Shown piece by piece: positions 39,101 through 49,602 of a stretch of 64,000 nt of DNA. The position numbers and the translations under genes were made by a program. This DNA is from a virus. Numbering within the stretch: position 1 is the first letter of the stretch; each line of letters opens with the position of its first letter. Location of the stretch: positions 32,001 to 96,000 of IMG/VR virus record IMGVR_UViG_3300045988_076504, one strand, 5' to 3'. The notes under the pieces are model-generated. The model was not told the DNA's origin, did not search any database, and saw only the letters and a list, made by a program, of their open reading frames with translations.

Positions 39101-39465
39101 CACTACCGTCTGCAAAACAAGCTAGAGCGGAAGGTAGATCGTTACCTATTAGTAGTACAAAACTTAAAATGTGGGACGATATAAGTACTGATGTATTACA
39201 GTCTTTGATGAGGGCTTCTTTTGAGCAGAATGAAGACGCAGCGCAAGCATTGGTTGATACTGGTGATAAAATAATAACACATGATAACGCAAAAGGTGAA
39301 TCTTTAGATGATAGATTTGCTCCAGCATTGACTCAGATACGCCAAGAGTTAATAGATGGAGGACATGCTCCAAACACTGTAAAACAACAATAGTCTTTGA
39401 AAGATTATCCCGCTAACGAGGCTCTTGATGAATTAGCAGATCAAATAGACGAACAATGTAAATAA
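36163..39465 (+). CDS. Giant virion protein, exon 2 (RNAP-like region continues; C-terminal NADAR domain)
   Basis: Starts IDKLYMSTLHYD. ORFs 36712, 37345, 37936, 38269 and 39043 are all in frame 1, joined by TAGs (about 14). A genuine TAA is at 39463-39465. Exons 1 and 2 together give about 5364 codons. Confidence 0.75.
38860..39393 (+). other. NADAR (YbiA/DUF1768-like) domain at the C-terminus of the giant protein
   Basis: PHLSNFAKRPI, VENAF-(TAG)-ALK and WDDISTDVLQSLMRASFEQNEDAAQALVDTGDKIITH parallel my recollection of E. coli YbiA: FSNFAAWPI, EHYFQAQK, WESVKEQVMRKALRAKFEQHAELRALLLATAPAKLVEH. Confidence 0.75.
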
Positions 39466-39474
39466 CAAATCATT

Positions 39475-42400
39475 ATGGTATGTTTAATTAAAAGTAAATA
39501 TAAAGAAGAATTAGATTTATACACATAGTTGCTAGGCTCTGAAAAACGAGCCTACGCGATTTTGTGTTGTAATAACGGATATACTCTAGACAAGACTAAA
39601 GATGGAAAACCATCTAAATTGTATAATGATTTGTTAGAGTATTATAAAGGAGATGTAACAAAAGCTGTGCAAAAGAAAGCATAGCTTTTTACATCTGAAT
39701 TTACAAAAGATTACGGTCAATGGTACCAAGACGGATATGAAATATCTGACGAATATAAAGATGTATTTGATGAGAATGGAGAACCGCTGCTTAACGGCAC
39801 ACATTTTGGTACAGCAGATAATAAGATATTACTCGGCGGGCAGAAAAAATTTGCATCAATAGAAGAGGAGGAACAATATATATTAGAGCACGCTACACGT
39901 GATGAAAATGGAAAACTATTGGCACCTAATGGCAAACCTTCAAATCTTACAGAAAAACAATACGCTCAAGTGAGAACTAAAGCCTTTAAAGAGTGGTTTG
40001 GTGATTGGGAGAATGATCCAGAGAGTGCTTCTAAGGTAATAGATGAAAATGGAGAACCTTTGGTTGTTTATCATAATACACCATTTAAATTCAATGGTAT
40101 ATTTGATATGGATCATGTTTCAAGAATTATGCCGTAGATGTCAGAGCCATTTGGTCATGTAAGGACTAAAGAAACCGCCAATACTATAAAAGGTTCACAA
40201 TACGCTCTTTTCCTCAATTTAAAAAATCCATTAGAAACTCCTGATTTTGTCCACGAATCTGTAAGTTCCATGTTATCCGAGCTGTATAAACAAGGTATCA
40301 TTTCTAGAGAAAAATATTCTTCTCTCAGAGGAATATCTAATTCAGAATTAAGAAATTTGATGCTTTCTTTGGGATATGATGGTACAAAATATGAAAATAA
40401 AGCAGAAAGAGGCGGGATTTCTTATAGTTTTATAACACCTAATCAAATTAAATCAGCAACAGACAACGTAGGTACATTCTCTAAAACTAACGATAATATA
40501 TACAAAAGACGTGGTGAAAAGAGAGACAACCATATGTACAACAGGGAGCGTGCTGTAAAATATATTAAGGATCAAGGATACACAATAGACAATCTGGTTC
40601 ATGACACATATGAGACAAGATTTGAAGTCACATTAAAAGCTAAAACTAAAGAAGACGTTTGGAGATCGTATATAAAGAATATGGATCCTGCGTTAAAGGT
40701 TAAATATGCAGGAGTACGTATTGGTAAGAAAGACCCTAGACTTGAAGTTTAGATTAAAACCAAAGAAAGTGAGTCACTAACTAATCTAAATCAGTTTCTT
40801 GATAAAAAATCTTTAAATACTGCGCAAGATCTTTTACAATATATTATAAAACAAACTAAAGACGAGAATAATCAGAATTTTTCTTTCATCCGTGCTGTAT
40901 TAAAAGATATTAATAAAACTGTTCCCGAATTATTTAGTAATATCAATGTCAAAGTAATTGCCGATAACAATGGTAATTATTCTGCGAAATATGACAATAA
41001 TACAAAAACTATAATTATAAATAGTGCAAGATCGTTCGGCAACGAAAATAATTTCAACGATGAGTTAATACAGACATTGACTCATGAAATGATACATGCT
41101 GTTACGGTGGAAGCGTTATAGAGATCTAAACAATTGCGTGAAAGAGCTGAAAGATTATTATCAGAGCTCAAAAAACAATTTAACAATGATCCAGATATTC
41201 AAGGTATACAGGATGTGTACGAAATGGTTGCCGAATTAAGTAACGATGAATTTATCAAAAAATTGTAGTAGATACAATATTCTACTGATGAAACATGGTT
41301 TGATAAGATAAGAAGATTTATATCTACTGTTATTCGTCACTATCTACGTAAAATAGGGCTACAATATAAAAATACCGCATATTCAGAACTCGCTAATATT
41401 TTTGTACAATCTGCGTACGGTAAGAAAACCGGTTTATAGATGTCTGAAAACATAGATGAAAAGACGGTTTTTAATAGAAACTCTAAAAAACGCATACAAG
41501 AAGCTAAAAAGAAAGTAAAAGCTAAACTGAAGGAAGGTATACATATTGTCGGAACACGTGATTCTACATAGAAGCTTATAGACAAGTTGTCGCAGGATAT
41601 AATATTAGGAACACGTAGTAAAAATAAAGCATATTCTTCTAAAAGAAACAGTAGTGTATCTTACGGAAATGAAAGGTAGATTGCCAGAAACCAAGAAGCT
41701 GTAAATTTTGTAGACGAGCAAGCTAAAACTATAAACGAAGCTATAGCTGAGCGTGATGCAGAAAAACAATTAACCGAACAAGCAAAACTTATACTCGATT
41801 TTATAGATCACGCTGATTCTGATATAAATGAAGTACTACAAATGCTTAAAAACGCATAGGATAACGACTACGATTTAATATATTATAATGTCGACCAATT
41901 TGGAAATAGATTGTATCAAGATCCGTCTGGCAATTCTATAACAGCTCAAACTGCAGGAAATAATACTATAGCCAAGTAGTTTTCATTCGATGATATACAA
42001 TATATGACAACCGATATTTTAGGTTATTATCAAAAACTTCTAAGCGACATTGACAATATGTTATTGTAGGTACCAGTTGGCAAAAATGCAATTGTTGATG
42101 AAATTCGCGATCTTATGCAATCATTAAGACTACACGATCAACTTCGAGCTGCATCTAATATGAAACGACAAGCGCAAGAGAAAATGCTTGATTTTTATAT
42201 AGATCAACGTATAAATCAACAAGAATCATCAGAACTTACTGATGAAATGAAACAGAGGTTGTCTATCAACATGAAAAAATGGGTAAAATCCCAATATGAT
42301 TTTGGAGATGTTGGAAGTTTCGCTGTATGGACGCAACTCATATCTGATTCAAAAAGTCCTATTGTGAGAATGATGGCAGATGAAATCTATACAATGAATC

Positions 42401-45400
42401 AAGAAATAGATAGTGCTATTGTTCCGAGGGGTGAAGAATTAGAAAAAGCTTTAAAAGAAGCCGAAAACGAAATGTCTATTTTAGGAAATCATAATCCAGT
42501 CAACGTAATGACGATGTTGATGCAAAAGGATAGACGTGGTTATTACAACGGAGATTTTGTACAACCTATTAACAGAAGACAATATTTTCAAGATCTTGAA
42601 GATTTTAAAACTGCGTTGTTGTTTGGAAAGGGAGGGTTGCAAGACTAGTTAAAGAAAAAGATCAGCAATGACTTTGAATTAGAACTAGACGAATATGGAG
42701 AACCTGCAATACCAACAGGTGTTGAGTTTGATGATATATACAAAGACTACAAACGTAAGATGGAAACGTTTATATGTGATCATGCTAACAGACGTTTTAC
42801 GAAAGAGTATTATTTGTCTCGCATAGACACATTGTCTCCAACTACTATTCGTGTATTAGATCAATTTAGTAGGAAAATTAGTAATTTGAAAAATTCTGCA
42901 ACGGTTGATGGTAAATTCAGACCAGACCTGCTAAGTTCTAAACAGCGTGCAGAATTAGCACAGCTTTAGAAAGATAGACAGGAATTAAGTAACCCGTATG
43001 ATCAGTTTGGAGAATTAAAAGATCCGGATTTTATTGAAGGAATCGTAGCTAAGGAATTAAATGACTGGCAGGACGTAATAAATGGAGAGATAAAATATAA
43101 AAGCGACGTAGAAGCGTTCAACGAATGTCTTAATAATATACAATCTCAAGCAGAAAAAGATCAATTTAAACGCATGTTTGCATATGTTGGTTTAAATCCT
43201 AACATGTATAACTTTTTAGCAAAATATGAGTATATAGGTCAAAATGATGCTGTTAGACAATTACTTGACGAAATAAGCGAACTACGTAAGAAACTTCGTA
43301 AACTAATCGGAATAAACAAAGATCGTTCGTCATATCTTGGTTATAATTGGGAATAGTTATTCGATATTCGTACAGGAGAGATAAAAAACGAAAAACTTTT
43401 AGCAGAAATACGTAACGTTGATGATTAGTTACAACTTAAATCACAAATGTTGCGTAATATAAGGAAGAGCGACAAAGAAGACGAAGATACATTTGGCGAC
43501 AAATGGCAACTCATTCCAGGCGTTTCGTATGGCAGATTATTTACACAAATGTATTATGGTAGTGTAAATATAGATCCTACTTAGAGTAGTACTCAGACTG
43601 TATATTCTCCAAATAACGACACTGTTTATGAAATCGTACGTAATAATTATATAAATTATCTGACTAGTAATGGAATGTCAATACAAGACGCTACAGATAA
43701 AGCATCTTAGATGTTAACTATAGGTCATAATACACCGTTGTCCATTTTCATGGTGTAGATGCCTAGCAGCAAAACATTTAAATACGAAGATGAAAATGGT
43801 GTCGAGCATAGTGAACCGTCTTTTGTATGGATTCCAAATCAATTATTTAGTAAGGTGGATACTGAAAATTCATCTTCTAGGTTTATAAATAAGCACTTTG
43901 ACGAATCATCCGGAGAAAGTGTACAGCCGAAGGAAGAAGACTATAGAGACGAGCGGTATTACGAAATGATAAAGCATCCAAAACTTAACGATTTATACGA
44001 CAAGCTCGTAAAAGGTATGTAGGATGTTTACAGTATATTGCCGTATTCTGGTAAATACGATATGAGACTTCCACAAATGGGAGCTAACACAGCTGCGATG
44101 TTGACAAGAAATTTATCAAACGATTATGGTTTTCATTTTGCATCAAACCTACGGTCTGTATTTAATAGATTTGCCAACGCTACTGAGATAGATACTGATT
44201 ATTATATTCCAGAATACAATAGACGACCAGATGGCAGTACTATTAAAAACATACCAATTAGGTATATAAACAGAATAGATGATTCTAGAAATATATCTTC
44301 AGACTTAGCTGGTGGTGTCATAGCGATGTTGAAAATGGCTACTAACTATAACGTTAAAAGTAAACATATATCTAAATTTGAATCTATATTAAATTCTATT
44401 AAGGAAAACGATGTTGGAGAATCTAATCAATCTCGTGTAGTAGAAGGAATGCTCGACAGATTAATGTATGAAAATCAAAACAATACAAAGAAAAACAAGG
44501 ATGTTGAAGATATAAGTAAGATTAGACGTATATTCATAGGTGGCCCTAAAACTCTGTTAAAACGTTTAGGAATCGCAAGAGGTGCTTCAACACTTATAAA
44601 CCTTGCAGGTAGAGGTGTATCTATGATAGTTTCATTTTTAGATCCTTTGCTTAGTACGTTTATAGAATCACTTACCGGTAGATATTATGGTGCGCGCGAT
44701 CTTATGTGTGGTGTATTCGATACATGTAGAGAGTTCCCATTAATGCTTGCTAGTATTTCTAGAAGAAAATCTTTTAGTAAAACTATGGCTATTATAGACG
44801 CTCTCGGTATGGAAAAACCTATAGAGCATAGATTTTCTAATATGCATCATTCTTCTATAAGACGACTTCTTTCTGACAATTTAATGATGAAAGGATTTGA
44901 AGTTGGAGATTATACGATAAAAGCTTTTAACGTAAATAGTATATTTAGAACTTATAGAATGTACACCGATAGCAACGGGTAGGTTTCGTTCTTAAATAAA
45001 TACGACTATATACAACATTGTATACAAGACGGGATGTCTAAAAAAGATGCGGTGAAAGCTTACAAAAGTGCAAGAAATGCTCGTTCTTATTTATATGTTA
45101 AAAATGGAAGCTTAGCTTTCAAGAGTGGTATGACAGAAGATCAATTTAGAAAACTTGGAAATGCTGCGAAAAAGATTTCACAGAATATCACACTTATGGC
45201 TAATACTGAAGATAAAACGTGGATGCAAACTAATCCGTGGACAGCTTTCATTACAATGTTGCGTACATTTATGCTTGTAGGATTTGGAGAAAGGTTTAAG
45301 AATTTTAATGATTTTATTGTTGGTACAGACGAACATTACGATCCTACAACCGGAAATGTTATTACTGATATATCTGATAGAAATCTTACGAGTCGTGAAA

Positions 45401-46215
45401 TAAAACAATAGAAAAAATAGCATTATTATAGAGGAGGTTATAATTTTATGACAGGTCACATTGAAAATGGTATATATATGAGTAACCTCAAAGCTCTTAA
45501 AAGATTAGTGTGGGATGCTTAGAAACACAGAATTAGATTCAATCGCTTTTTCTTGAAATATAGTAATATGACACAAGAAGAACTTAAAAAGTCTGACATA
45601 TCTATGGCGGAATTATATTCACTTAAGCGTATATTATTAGAATTGTCTGTCGTTGCAGGTTGTGTTACAATGTCTGTTTTAGTAAATAGACATTGTCAAG
45701 GGTTGGATCCAGATGACGATGATAATTATTGGTGGTTCTTGTTAAATTCAATTTTCATGAGAATTGGTATTGAACGTGTTACAATGTATAATCCTTAGAC
45801 TGTTAGTGATTTGATTACGTCTATAACAACATTAACTAGTGCAACTTCTAAATTATTTGGTGTATTTGATGTACTTGGTGATTTCTTAGGTCTTACAGAT
45901 CACGATCCTAATGAAATCATAACATCGAATAGTGCATATAATGGCTATACACGGTCTTACAGAGCTACAATGAACGCTCTTTCAATTTTCGGTACAGCTG
46001 GTTGGTTTGCAACAATGCCTAAATCATTAGGAGGTGGTGGAGCTAGAGCTCTTGACAAGTCTGCAGGATGGTATGCTAAAACTGCTCCTTGGAGGTTGTT
46101 ATATAAGAATCAAGATGCTGGATATACACCAGTAGAAAAAGATTATAAAGATCCGTCTCTTGCGACAGATGATATTTCAAATTCTGATTTAGCTACAGAC
46201 GACGTTATAGAATAA
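39475..46215 (+). CDS. Polyvalent-type giant virion protein (about 2246 codons): ART-like domain, HExxH zincin motif, C-terminal hydrophobic segments
   Basis: ATG at 39475 follows the TAA at 39463. Ten track ORFs (39919 to 45811) are all in frame 1, and the 40753-42115 gap was verified codon by codon to contain TAG only. About 26 TAGs. TAA at 46213. Motifs: FKEWFGDWE..DENGEPLVVYHNT...GYDGTKY...PNQIKSATDNVGTF, and LTHEMIHAV at 41083-41097. Confidence 0.7.
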
Positions 46216-46252
46216 AAATTTTGGGCGTATTCTCCATAGTCCAATAATGGTT

Positions 46253-46296
46253 AAAAAAAGAGGGTGGTAGTTATTTGCTAACTATCACCCTGTTTT
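46253..46296. terminator. Bidirectional intrinsic terminator at the convergent module junction
   Basis: 12-bp stem AGGGTGGTAGTT (46261-46272) / AACTATCACCCT (46280-46291) with one G-U pair. It is flanked by A8 upstream (a U-tract for the - strand) and GTTTT downstream. It overlaps the last codons of the - strand gene ending at 46271. Confidence 0.7.
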
Positions 46297-46771
46297 CGTA
46301 TATACGATCAAACTCTTCGATAGTTGGAGCATAGTCGTCTTCTGGTACCGACGATCTATCAACTCCAAATATTTGCATAGAAGAATTTAGGAGACGATTG
46401 TTCAGGTCGTCATCATCGAGTCCCCAAAATTGCAAAACACGGGTTGCTCGATTTCCTGTAGGTACTCTTCCTTTAAACAAATATCTTGAAAAGCTATCGA
46501 AAAGTTGAAGTGTATATACCGTATATGGTTTATTGTTTACTCTTATATGTTTTACAGAACGTAGCGATTTTTGTTCTCGGATTTTCATCCATCTAATCTT
46601 ACTTTCTCTTGTATCGACAGTATCATCATACATTAAGAATAAACAATATTCTAAGCTGGGTCTGTTTTGATCGTATATATACGCATCGACAAACCCAGCT
46701 TGTTTTGTAATATCATCCTTAGTTATTGTATCAACCGCGAAAGGAATGATACATTTTATCTGTGTAGACAT
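46271..46771 (-). CDS. Hypothetical protein
   Basis: Intact 166-aa ORF under the standard code. TAA stop. Confidence 0.75.
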   Translation of the reverse strand: MSTQIKCIIPFAVDTITKDDITKQAGFVDAYIYDQNRPSLEYCLFLMYDDTVDTRESKIRWMKIREQKSLRSVKHIRVNNKPYTVYTLQLFDSFSRYLFKGRVPTGNRATRVLQFWGLDDDDLNNRLLNSSMQIFGVDRSSVPEDDYAPTIEEFDRIYENRVIVSK

Positions 46772-46776
46772 AAGAT

Positions 46777-47751
46777 TCAGAGATTCAAATATTCTATACC
46801 GTTGTTTTCATAATAACCGCGAGTATGAGTCCAGTCACCTCTATTTCTATACCATACTATGTCAAACATAGCAGATTCAATGTCATCGAGACGAGATTCA
46901 AGTTGTTCCGGAACAAACTCAAATACCCTCACCTCGTTATCAGACACTGTATCAATAGCAATTATGTAGACCCCAAATGTCCACCCTTTACTATCCTGGT
47001 GTAGTTCGTTTTGTATGTACCATTCTGCTGCCAGTTGATAAAACATAAACTGTCTGAAATAGTCATATTGCTCAACACTTTTTTCAAAATTGTGTATATG
47101 CACAGTTGTTTTTAAATCCATTATTGTACATTCTTTCTTTTCAATATCAAACTTAACACTGTCAAGAAGAGATTTACATTGCACAACACCATTCATAGCT
47201 CTGTATGTCCAGTTTATATGAAATTCATGATGTGCATCAGGATCATCTAACAAAGGTTTTGCTGCCACATGTTTATCTATATTCTGCTTAATAGACCATA
47301 ACAACTTCATATCGTATTGTGTGATATATGTGTGTTCTGTATCTTTAAGGGATTTGATATAAGAATTCAACGTAGAGGCTATTTCCTTTGCTTCTGAGAG
47401 CATTTTAGCTTCAGACTTACCAACTATACTATATACCTTCTTATAAGCATCTAGAAGGGCTAAATCAGGCTCTATTTCAGTAGTGCTGACCAACTCTTGA
47501 CAGAATTTCTCCTGTTGCTGAGATTTAGGTTTCTGCATACCTGAAACTCGATAATGTTTTTTAAACTCGTCTGGTTGCAAAAGCCACATATGAATCATGG
47601 TTCCTTTGCTCATAGCTCGCGATTCTTCGTCTGGAATTTCACCAGACATCTTTTTATAAAAATAGGATGGTCCTCCATAAAGGAGCCATCCTATCGCTGT
47701 ATTGTTTATACGAGATTTATCCTCGTAATAAGGAATTTCAACCGACATCAT
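46777..47751 (-). CDS. PD-(D/E)XK (RecB/Cas4-like) nuclease
   Basis: 324-aa ORF. Has CTIMDLKTT (the D/ExK motif) followed by QYDYFRQFMFYQLAAEWY (QxxxY-like), and GTMIHMWLL upstream. Confidence 0.75.
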   Translation of the reverse strand: MMSVEIPYYEDKSRINNTAIGWLLYGGPSYFYKKMSGEIPDEESRAMSKGTMIHMWLLQPDEFKKHYRVSGMQKPKSQQQEKFCQELVSTTEIEPDLALLDAYKKVYSIVGKSEAKMLSEAKEIASTLNSYIKSLKDTEHTYITQYDMKLLWSIKQNIDKHVAAKPLLDDPDAHHEFHINWTYRAMNGVVQCKSLLDSVKFDIEKKECTIMDLKTTVHIHNFEKSVEQYDYFRQFMFYQLAAEWYIQNELHQDSKGWTFGVYIIAIDTVSDNEVRVFEFVPEQLESRLDDIESAMFDIVWYRNRGDWTHTRGYYENNGIEYLNL

Positions 47752-47980
47752 ATCTCAAATATCCTTTTATTTGTGAACATTTTTCAGAATCCGTATACTC
47801 TGCATTATCTATTATGTCTCTTACTTTTCTGTACAAGTTATGCCATTTATAGTAATGTATAGCTTTGGTTCTTTCTTCTAGCTTATGGTTCAATACTATT
47901 TCAATGATTGTACCAGTCACAACTGACATCAGTATAATACAAGTACAAACAATAATAAGAGTTATTTCTAATTCACTCAT
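47738..47980 (-). CDS. Small membrane protein
   Basis: 80-aa ORF with N-terminal TM segment LIIVCTCIILMSVVTGTII. Its stop overlaps the next gene's start. Confidence 0.6.
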   Translation of the reverse strand: MSELEITLIIVCTCIILMSVVTGTIIEIVLNHKLEERTKAIHYYKWHNLYRKVRDIIDNAEYTDSEKCSQIKGYLRYDVG

Positions 47981-48131
47981 TGCATTCGTCGTATAATAAA
48001 TGATCCAATTCTTGAATTTTACGTATAAGATTCATAGCTGTTTCTGGGTCTCTATTTAATATAGCTGAATAAACCTGTTGTTTAGTGTCATTCAGCTCTT
48101 TCCTTATTCGTCCTTCTTCAAGAATGTCCAT
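47973..48131 (-). CDS. Small hypothetical protein (52 aa)
   Basis: Not in the track because it is under 60 aa. Reads ATG 48131-48129 ... TGA 47975-47973 (MDILEEGRIRKELNDTKQQ...). It is overlap-coupled to both neighbouring genes. Confidence 0.4.
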   Translation of the reverse strand: MDILEEGRIRKELNDTKQQVYSAILNRDPETAMNLIRKIQELDHLLYDECNE

Positions 48132-48504
48132 TGCATTTAATGTCTTTTATCATTTCGTCAACTTGTTTGTGATTTCTCACAAGATAACATCGTTTTTTAC
48201 TTCGATGTTTTTTCAAATAATATTTAAAGAGTTTATATCTTAAAGGAAAAGAATCTCCCATAAGACCTTTACACTCCACAATAAAGTCTTTACCTATAAA
48301 ATCCGGCAAATATGTTATGGGGCGTATTTTTTCTCCTAAATAATCAAATTTTGGTAGTAGTGTAAAATGCTTTGGCTCATATTTAACAGGAATACCTGCT
48401 TCCATAAAAGCTTCATAAGTATAACATTCTAGTTTAGATCTAAAATGTAATCCATACTTATCGACCTTTGTCGCATTTCTCACTCTTCCTTTAGAGGTTC
48501 CCAT
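48118..48504 (-). CDS. DUF1064-like PD-(D/E)XK endonuclease (resolvase-like)
   Basis: FRSKLECYTYEAF ... YLPDFIGKDFIVECKG matches the remembered S-x-x-E ... D-F ... E-x-K pattern of DUF1064 phage nucleases. Confidence 0.65.
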   Translation of the reverse strand: MGTSKGRVRNATKVDKYGLHFRSKLECYTYEAFMEAGIPVKYEPKHFTLLPKFDYLGEKIRPITYLPDFIGKDFIVECKGLMGDSFPLRYKLFKYYLKKHRSKKRCYLVRNHKQVDEMIKDIKCNGHS

Positions 48505-49474
48505 AACGTTGTAATTCTTTATTTAACCATTGTTTTACATCTTCGTAAGAATTATATTCTACCGCATCCGAAATATCTTTTGCTTTAAACTTCTTATTAA
48601 TAAAGAACGCATCAAAATGATATTTTCTACTGTAATCTCTAGCTTTTTTTACTCCTGTAGCATCTCTATCATACAGAATCAATATTGTTTTCCATTTAGT
48701 CTTAAGCTTATCCAATATTTCATCCGGAATAAATGTTGTTTCACTAGACGCAGCAATAGCATCATATCCCATCTCATATAGAGTCATTACATCCTTAAGA
48801 GATTTTGTAATGATGAGAAGATTACCTCCTTCTTGAGGTATTTCAGCAAGCCCCTGAACGTCATAATTTGTCAGATTAGAACGCCATTTAGTATACTTAG
48901 AAGCCAAAGGTCTATAAATCTTAAAATGATCATATACCTTATATGCATACATAGGACAGGTTTCTTTGTAGACTCCTCGGACGGTTCCATTACAAAGAAA
49001 ATACTTAATACTATAAACACGATATCTTTCAAGAGTTTTCAAAGATATATGAAACCTGCTCCAATATTGTAAATCGATGTTACTAAACGGTTGTCTAGCT
49101 ATACCTATTACAGTATTGTGAGCAGGCTCATATGTCTTCTTATAATCAACCCTTTTACTTGTAGGATTCTGCTTTCGTAGAATCCTAAGAAGTTCTTTTT
49201 CTAATTCTTCCTTTGAATGTATATTACAAATAGTTTTTACAAACGTTATTGCATTTCCACCTATTCCATTACCATGGTCTTTAAAAAACAAACGTCCCTC
49301 ATGTCCTACAAAGACTGCAAATGATGGATTTTTATCATCGTTTCGCAAAGGACTATTCATGAGTTTGTTTATTTTAAATTGACCAAGATAATATGAGTAG
49401 ATATCATAATCGTTCAACAGTTCTAATATATCTTGTAGAACTGTGTCCGTAATTGCTTTTTTTGTACTATACAT
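48491..49474 (-). CDS. DNA primase (Toprim domain)
   Basis: 327 aa. Segment LLIITKSLKDVMTLYEMGYDAIAASSETT...ILILYDRDATGVKKA shows a Toprim-like E ... DxD pattern. N-terminal region NPSFAVF..FKDHGNGIGGNAITFV. Confidence 0.8.
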   Translation of the reverse strand: MYSTKKAITDTVLQDILELLNDYDIYSYYLGQFKINKLMNSPLRNDDKNPSFAVFVGHEGRLFFKDHGNGIGGNAITFVKTICNIHSKEELEKELLRILRKQNPTSKRVDYKKTYEPAHNTVIGIARQPFSNIDLQYWSRFHISLKTLERYRVYSIKYFLCNGTVRGVYKETCPMYAYKVYDHFKIYRPLASKYTKWRSNLTNYDVQGLAEIPQEGGNLLIITKSLKDVMTLYEMGYDAIAASSETTFIPDEILDKLKTKWKTILILYDRDATGVKKARDYSRKYHFDAFFINKKFKAKDISDAVEYNSYEDVKQWLNKELQRYGNL

Positions 49475-49530
49475 GACTTAAAAGTTCTTAGTTAGTAGTA
49501 AGAATGAGAGGACTCGAACCTCTTGATTAT

Positions 49531-49602
49531 CCATATTGACAAGATTCGAACTTGCATACGTCAGCTTAATAGCTGATGCCTTACCTGTCGAGCCACAATA
49601 TT
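49531..49602 (-). ncRNA. tRNA-like element with a non-canonical anticodon loop
   Basis: The - strand sequence folds as a 72-nt cloverleaf. Acceptor AATATTG/CAATATG has a 1-72 mismatch. D arm is TG-GCT-CGACAGGTAA-GGC. T arm is GCAAG-TTCGAAT-CTTGT. The anticodon hairpin is TCAGC-TATTAA-GCTGA, giving a 6-nt loop, or an 8-nt loop CTATTAAG if the closing C-G pair opens. No standard 7-nt loop is possible. Confidence 0.4.

Noticed and set aside
22445-46215. All 35 ORF fragments from 22.4 to 46.2 kb read as one roughly 7,600-codon gene, since exon 2 and everything downstream share frame 1.
   Set aside because: A genuine in-frame TAA occurs at 39463-39465 and is followed by an ATG at 39475. I therefore split this span into two genes, 22445-39465 (with the intron) and 39475-46215.
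1-46215. TGA or TAA reassignment in addition to TAG.
   Set aside because: Every merged late gene terminates cleanly at TAA or TGA, often with ATGA or short overlaps to the next start. No same-frame continuation across TAA or TGA was seen.
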